Below are positions 37,334 to 40,992 of a stretch of DNA of 40,992 nt, piece by piece; within the stretch, counting starts at the first letter, position 1; each line of letters begins with the position of its first letter. This DNA comes from Phoronis australis (Eukaryota > Animalia > Phoronida): positions 271,397 to 312,388 of the forward strand of contig NMRA01000513.1 of NCBI GenBank assembly GCA_002633005.1. Reading direction: 5' to 3'. The position numbers were made by a program, and so were the translations under genes. Below the pieces are notes generated by a model. That model searched no databases. It saw only the letters and a list, made by a program, of their open reading frames with translations, and was not told where the DNA came from.

Positions 37334-37762
37334 AGTTCTTTAATTTCTTAGGCTAGTGTATTTTCATGCTGTAGGTCAAGTTATCTCACATTATTGTGGT
37401 GATTCTAAGTTTGTTCATGTTCCTTATATTTCATCCTTTGTCATGGATTCGCTGTCTGACAAATGTGTGATTGTTGGTGACGTATTAGAGTGTGAGGATG
37501 GTGAGTTGTTGAATTTTCTGCCCGCTGAAATTCGCAATGGCGTTAAGCATGCATGGCGAGTTAATTGATTCTGGCAAAATAGTTAACAAGTGTGTTAATT
37601 TTGTACGTAAGAACCATTTCAAGGATTTCAAATTGAAAATTTCAAAAGCTACTGGTACTGATGAGTCATTTCTCCGTGAATGTGCCGGTAAAAGTGATGA
37701 AAATATGTCATCGTTGATTTCATTGATAGGGGAGCTGTCTCCTGTTCAAAAGAAAATTGTCA
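37329..37762 (+). repeat. Direct repeat of the Gypsy leader/gag start (34899-35430)
   Basis: ttgagagttctttaatttctta.gctagtgta... through ...gttcaaaagaaaattgt occurs at both loci. The first copy has an extra ~100 bp containing an N at 35169. Confidence 0.9.
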
Positions 37763-38035
37763 TCTGTTTCCACTTAAAAATCCATGAGCTAGTGACATGC
37801 CGCCATCTATTGGCTGATTTGTATGTATGGTGTGAAAGTAAAGGAATCAATACCTTTAATGTCGTCTGTAAAAGGCACATAGGAGAGATTCTTGTCAAAA
37901 ATATTGAATTTTCGATAGATATTGCTATGAGACGTCGCAAACTGATCCATTTCATGGCAAATAGCACAGTCAAGCACTTTTTTGCCACTTCGATCCTCAG
38001 GATAGGGCCTTGCACGTCACAGTCGAACGTCGATG

Positions 38036-39323
38036 TTTACCCATAATGTCACGGGCAGCGTCCGTCCGGCGTCCGGCGTCCGCTGCTCTATCTCCAAAAC
38101 CCTTCGACATACGTTCATGAAATTTGGCACATGTGTTCCATTCATGAATGGAACGGCATGTGCGAACTTTCGGACGGATCCGACTACCGGTGTGCCCCCT
38201 AGTGGCAATTTTAGTTTTTTACCCTTACCTTTGTATCTTCAAAAGTCCTGAACGGATTTTCATGAAATTTGGTATGTAGGCTCCTATTAGTTAGATGACG
38301 CTATGCTCCCATTTTCAGATGGATTCGACATAGTTTGCGCCACCTAGTGGCCATTTTTACTGTTTTCGAGTCTGTATTTTTGCGTCCACCCCTCTATCAA
38401 CCAAACCGCTCAAAGGATGATTGTGAAAATTGGCATGTATGTGCTTACTATAAAGAGGACAACTGACAATGATTGTCAGACGATTTGGACTACTGTGCGC
38501 CTCCTAGTGGCAGTTTTGTTTTTTTTTGCGCCTATGGCTGTATCTCCTAAGCCGTTCGCAGGATCTTTACAAAATTTAATAAGTGTATTTATATGGTTCG
38601 ACCTAGTTTGCGACACCCACTGGCCATTTTTACTGTTTTTGAGTCTGTTTTTTGGCGTCCACCTCTCTATCAACCAAACTGCTCTAAGTATGATTGTGAA
38701 AATTGTCATGTATGTTCTTACTATGAGGAGGACGGTTGACGCTGAATTTGCCATAACTTTGATTACTGTGGCGCCTCCTAGTGGCAGTTTTTTGCGCCCA
38801 TGGCTGTATCTCCCAAACCGCTTGCAGGATCTTTACTAAATTTAGCAAGTGTATTTGTGTGATGTTGACAACGGACGATGATGGCTTTAGGATGATTTTG
38901 ACTACCGGTATGCCTTTAGTGGCAATTTAAGTATTTTACATTGACCTCTGTATTTTCATAGGTCTTCAGGTGTATACTTTGTGTTACTTCGTGACTATGA
39001 AGGAAAAGTTCCAAGTAGAAATTTGTTTCTGGCATTCTAATGCTGTGCTAATCTCGTATGTTGGTAAATTTGTTTTTATTTCTATGTTTCTGTGGTGCTT
39101 TAAGCAACTGATGTATAGGATGTGATTGTATTGTGAAGATCACTCACATTTTGCCCCTAGCCTATTGAGGAGACAATGGCCATGCCTTTCCATTTTGCAA
39201 AATACAACATACTACATATATGCCCTCTACTGACCACTTTATGGTACCAATAAACAACCCTAGAAGGATACCGTATACAGTGCATATTGTGGGCGCATTT
39301 CAACGCTCTGCGTTGGTCTTGTT
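38036..39323 (+). mobile_element. Non-autonomous Helentron-like element (HINE/DINE-type) with internal tandem repeats
   Basis: 5' TTT plus subTIR acccataatgtcac, then a GTCC-type microsatellite (cgtccgtccggcgtccggcgtcc) and internal repeats of ~273-bp period. The 3' end has subTIR gtgcatattgtgggc, hairpin CAACGC-tct-GCGTTG (39301-39315) and terminal CTTGTT. Confidence 0.7.
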
Positions 39324-40992
39324 AGCTTTCCAGTCATCAGTCAAAGAGGTTGCATCGTCGTCAGCGCGGCCATCGTTATTATCCCCAATGTTTTCGTTGC
39401 CGCCGTTTGCAGCTTAATTGACGTATCGCAAGCTCCGCCCCCTTGCGTAATGTCGAGTAACAAACAATAAGTTTTACCCAGCAACATGTTGTTTGTCGGG
39501 TAAAATGGCGGCTTGGAAACGAAGGTGTGTCAATAATGATGCGTTCTAAATGGTCAGTTAAGCCGTCACTCAAAATCCTGGCGATAGGTCAATTGGGGTC
39601 GTTGTTGCATTGTCATTGGCGCTCCTTCCGTAAATGTCACCGGCGTTTTGATGTTCCATTCAATATCTCCCAAACGCCACTGCTCTAAGTGTTACTTATT
39701 TCATATTTTTCAGGTTTCGTCGTACATTTTGTTACCCATGATCAGGTGTTACTTACGGGCTGCTTTGGCTACCGTCGCTGCTGAACTGGGACAAAACACG
39801 TTGAAGTATTTTAGCTTGATCCAAGAGTTATCCCTTGTATTACTAGCGATTCCATCATTTGTTTGCATCGGCGTGCTGAAGCTGGTGACCGATATTCCTC
39901 AGTGTCAGTAGCAGAAATCAGGAACAGCATGTTTTCAAACTAGATATAGTCTAGAGATTTTACCCACATATACCGAGTAGTAAGATTTGACTGACTGTCC
40001 ATTTAGTGTTTGTGTCTCTTTTGACCGTGACTCGCGATTTCTGACACACTACGTCTTTTGACACATTGTTTCTCCATCGATACATTACGCCAAAATGGTA
40101 CTGTGGGTTGACAGTCCTTATAAATTGTCCGTTTTTGCCAATGCTGTCGCTATCGTGAACAATGTTGACACAGTGACATTAAAGTGGCGTAACGTGATAG
40201 AAGTAACATATAGTCGGTGGGCCAGATTTTGTAGGGCCTCTAGAAAATGGTTTTTGTGAGTACTTTAGGGGGGGCAATTTTATTTTGGTGTTTTTTAATT
40301 CATTTATTAGAGTGTTTTCAAAATCTAAAAAGTTCCCACATATAAAGTTGCACATTTTTGAGAAATTTGAGTTTGAAGTTTCATAATAATCACCAAAGAG
40401 CTTAGTAAACTTATATTTGTAAAAACAACAGTTTTGGTGACTTTTTGTAAAACAAGTAATATGGTCCCATCAGTGCCATTGTATTGAACAATATTACACT
40501 CACATTACACGTTTTACTATTGTAAATTAATTGTAAACAGTGAAATTTAAAAAACGTAAAGAGACACCTAGAGGCAAAAATGCAAACTAAGTCTGAATGT
40601 TACTAGGAAGTTATTCTGGCATTGTCAGGCAACAAAAATAACACAAAACACTTGAGACTGGGCAAAATTTGTGCCTCAATGACTAAAACATTGACTAGTG
40701 GTGTAAAATACAGCTTGTTTGCATAATACACCAGAAATACGTTATAGTACAAAAACAATATACCGGTAGTTGAATGATCTCTGTGAATGTGCACAAAGAC
40801 TGTATGAAAATAATAGATTATTCTGACGGCGTTTATCAAGCAGTATGAGACAAACACATGACAATGATCAAAGTATGTACTTTCTATGACTTAATCAACA
40901 AATAAAATTAACTTCTTAATACAAAAAAGGAAATAACGGGGTTGGAGGTCTATTTAGGGTTGACTTGTCAAAGAACTATCCAATGTTATGCA

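Larger units (their letters stand above)
34252..37762 (+). mobile_element. Rearranged, defective Ty3/Gypsy LTR retrotransposon (5' LTR, PBS, gag, partial pol; no integrase or 3' LTR seen)
   Basis: LTR end ...tgttaca at 34543 (start TGT at about 34252 is tentative). Followed by a PBS, a PNMA-like gag, an RT thumb and an RNase H fragment. Confidence 0.88.

Noticed and set aside
38100-38930. CRISPR-like array or coding ORFs 38417-38839 and 38476-38754
   Set aside because: The context is eukaryotic, the sequence between motifs is itself repeated, and the ORFs derive from the repeat.
40211-40992. Possible left end of another Academ-like element (tagtcggtgggccag...)
   Set aside because: No partner terminus or coding motif lies inside the window.

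Overview
AT-rich eukaryotic (animal, probably marine invertebrate bilaterian) genomic DNA, not prokaryotic, so most ORFs in the track are exon fragments, antisense shadows or transposon relics. The one intact gene lies on the minus strand at about 3.7-11.8 kb. It has a TATA box and initiator, a 50-nt non-coding first exon and 10 coding exons, all joined by phase-2 GT-AG introns. By my manual splicing it encodes a 761-aa protein: signal peptide, then 8 exon-encoded EF-hand-pair modules (14 canonical and 2 degenerate Ca2+ loops) separated by Glu/Lys-rich helical linkers. It has KR/RR dibasic sites, no Cys or Trp in the mature chain, and no ER-retention signal. The gene grew by a recent internal tandem duplication of about 1.1 kb. 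The remaining ~29 kb is mostly degraded mobile DNA: an Academ relic, an ISL2EU relic (DDE transposase plus YqaJ), a spliced THAP pseudogene, Myb/SANT-like Harbinger relics, several MITEs (one nested, one Merlin-like), two LINE 3' ends, a rearranged Gypsy LTR element with a tRNA-Lys PBS, and a Helentron-like element carrying an array of CTCF-consensus motifs. All family assignments come from motif recognition by eye; no database searches were run.
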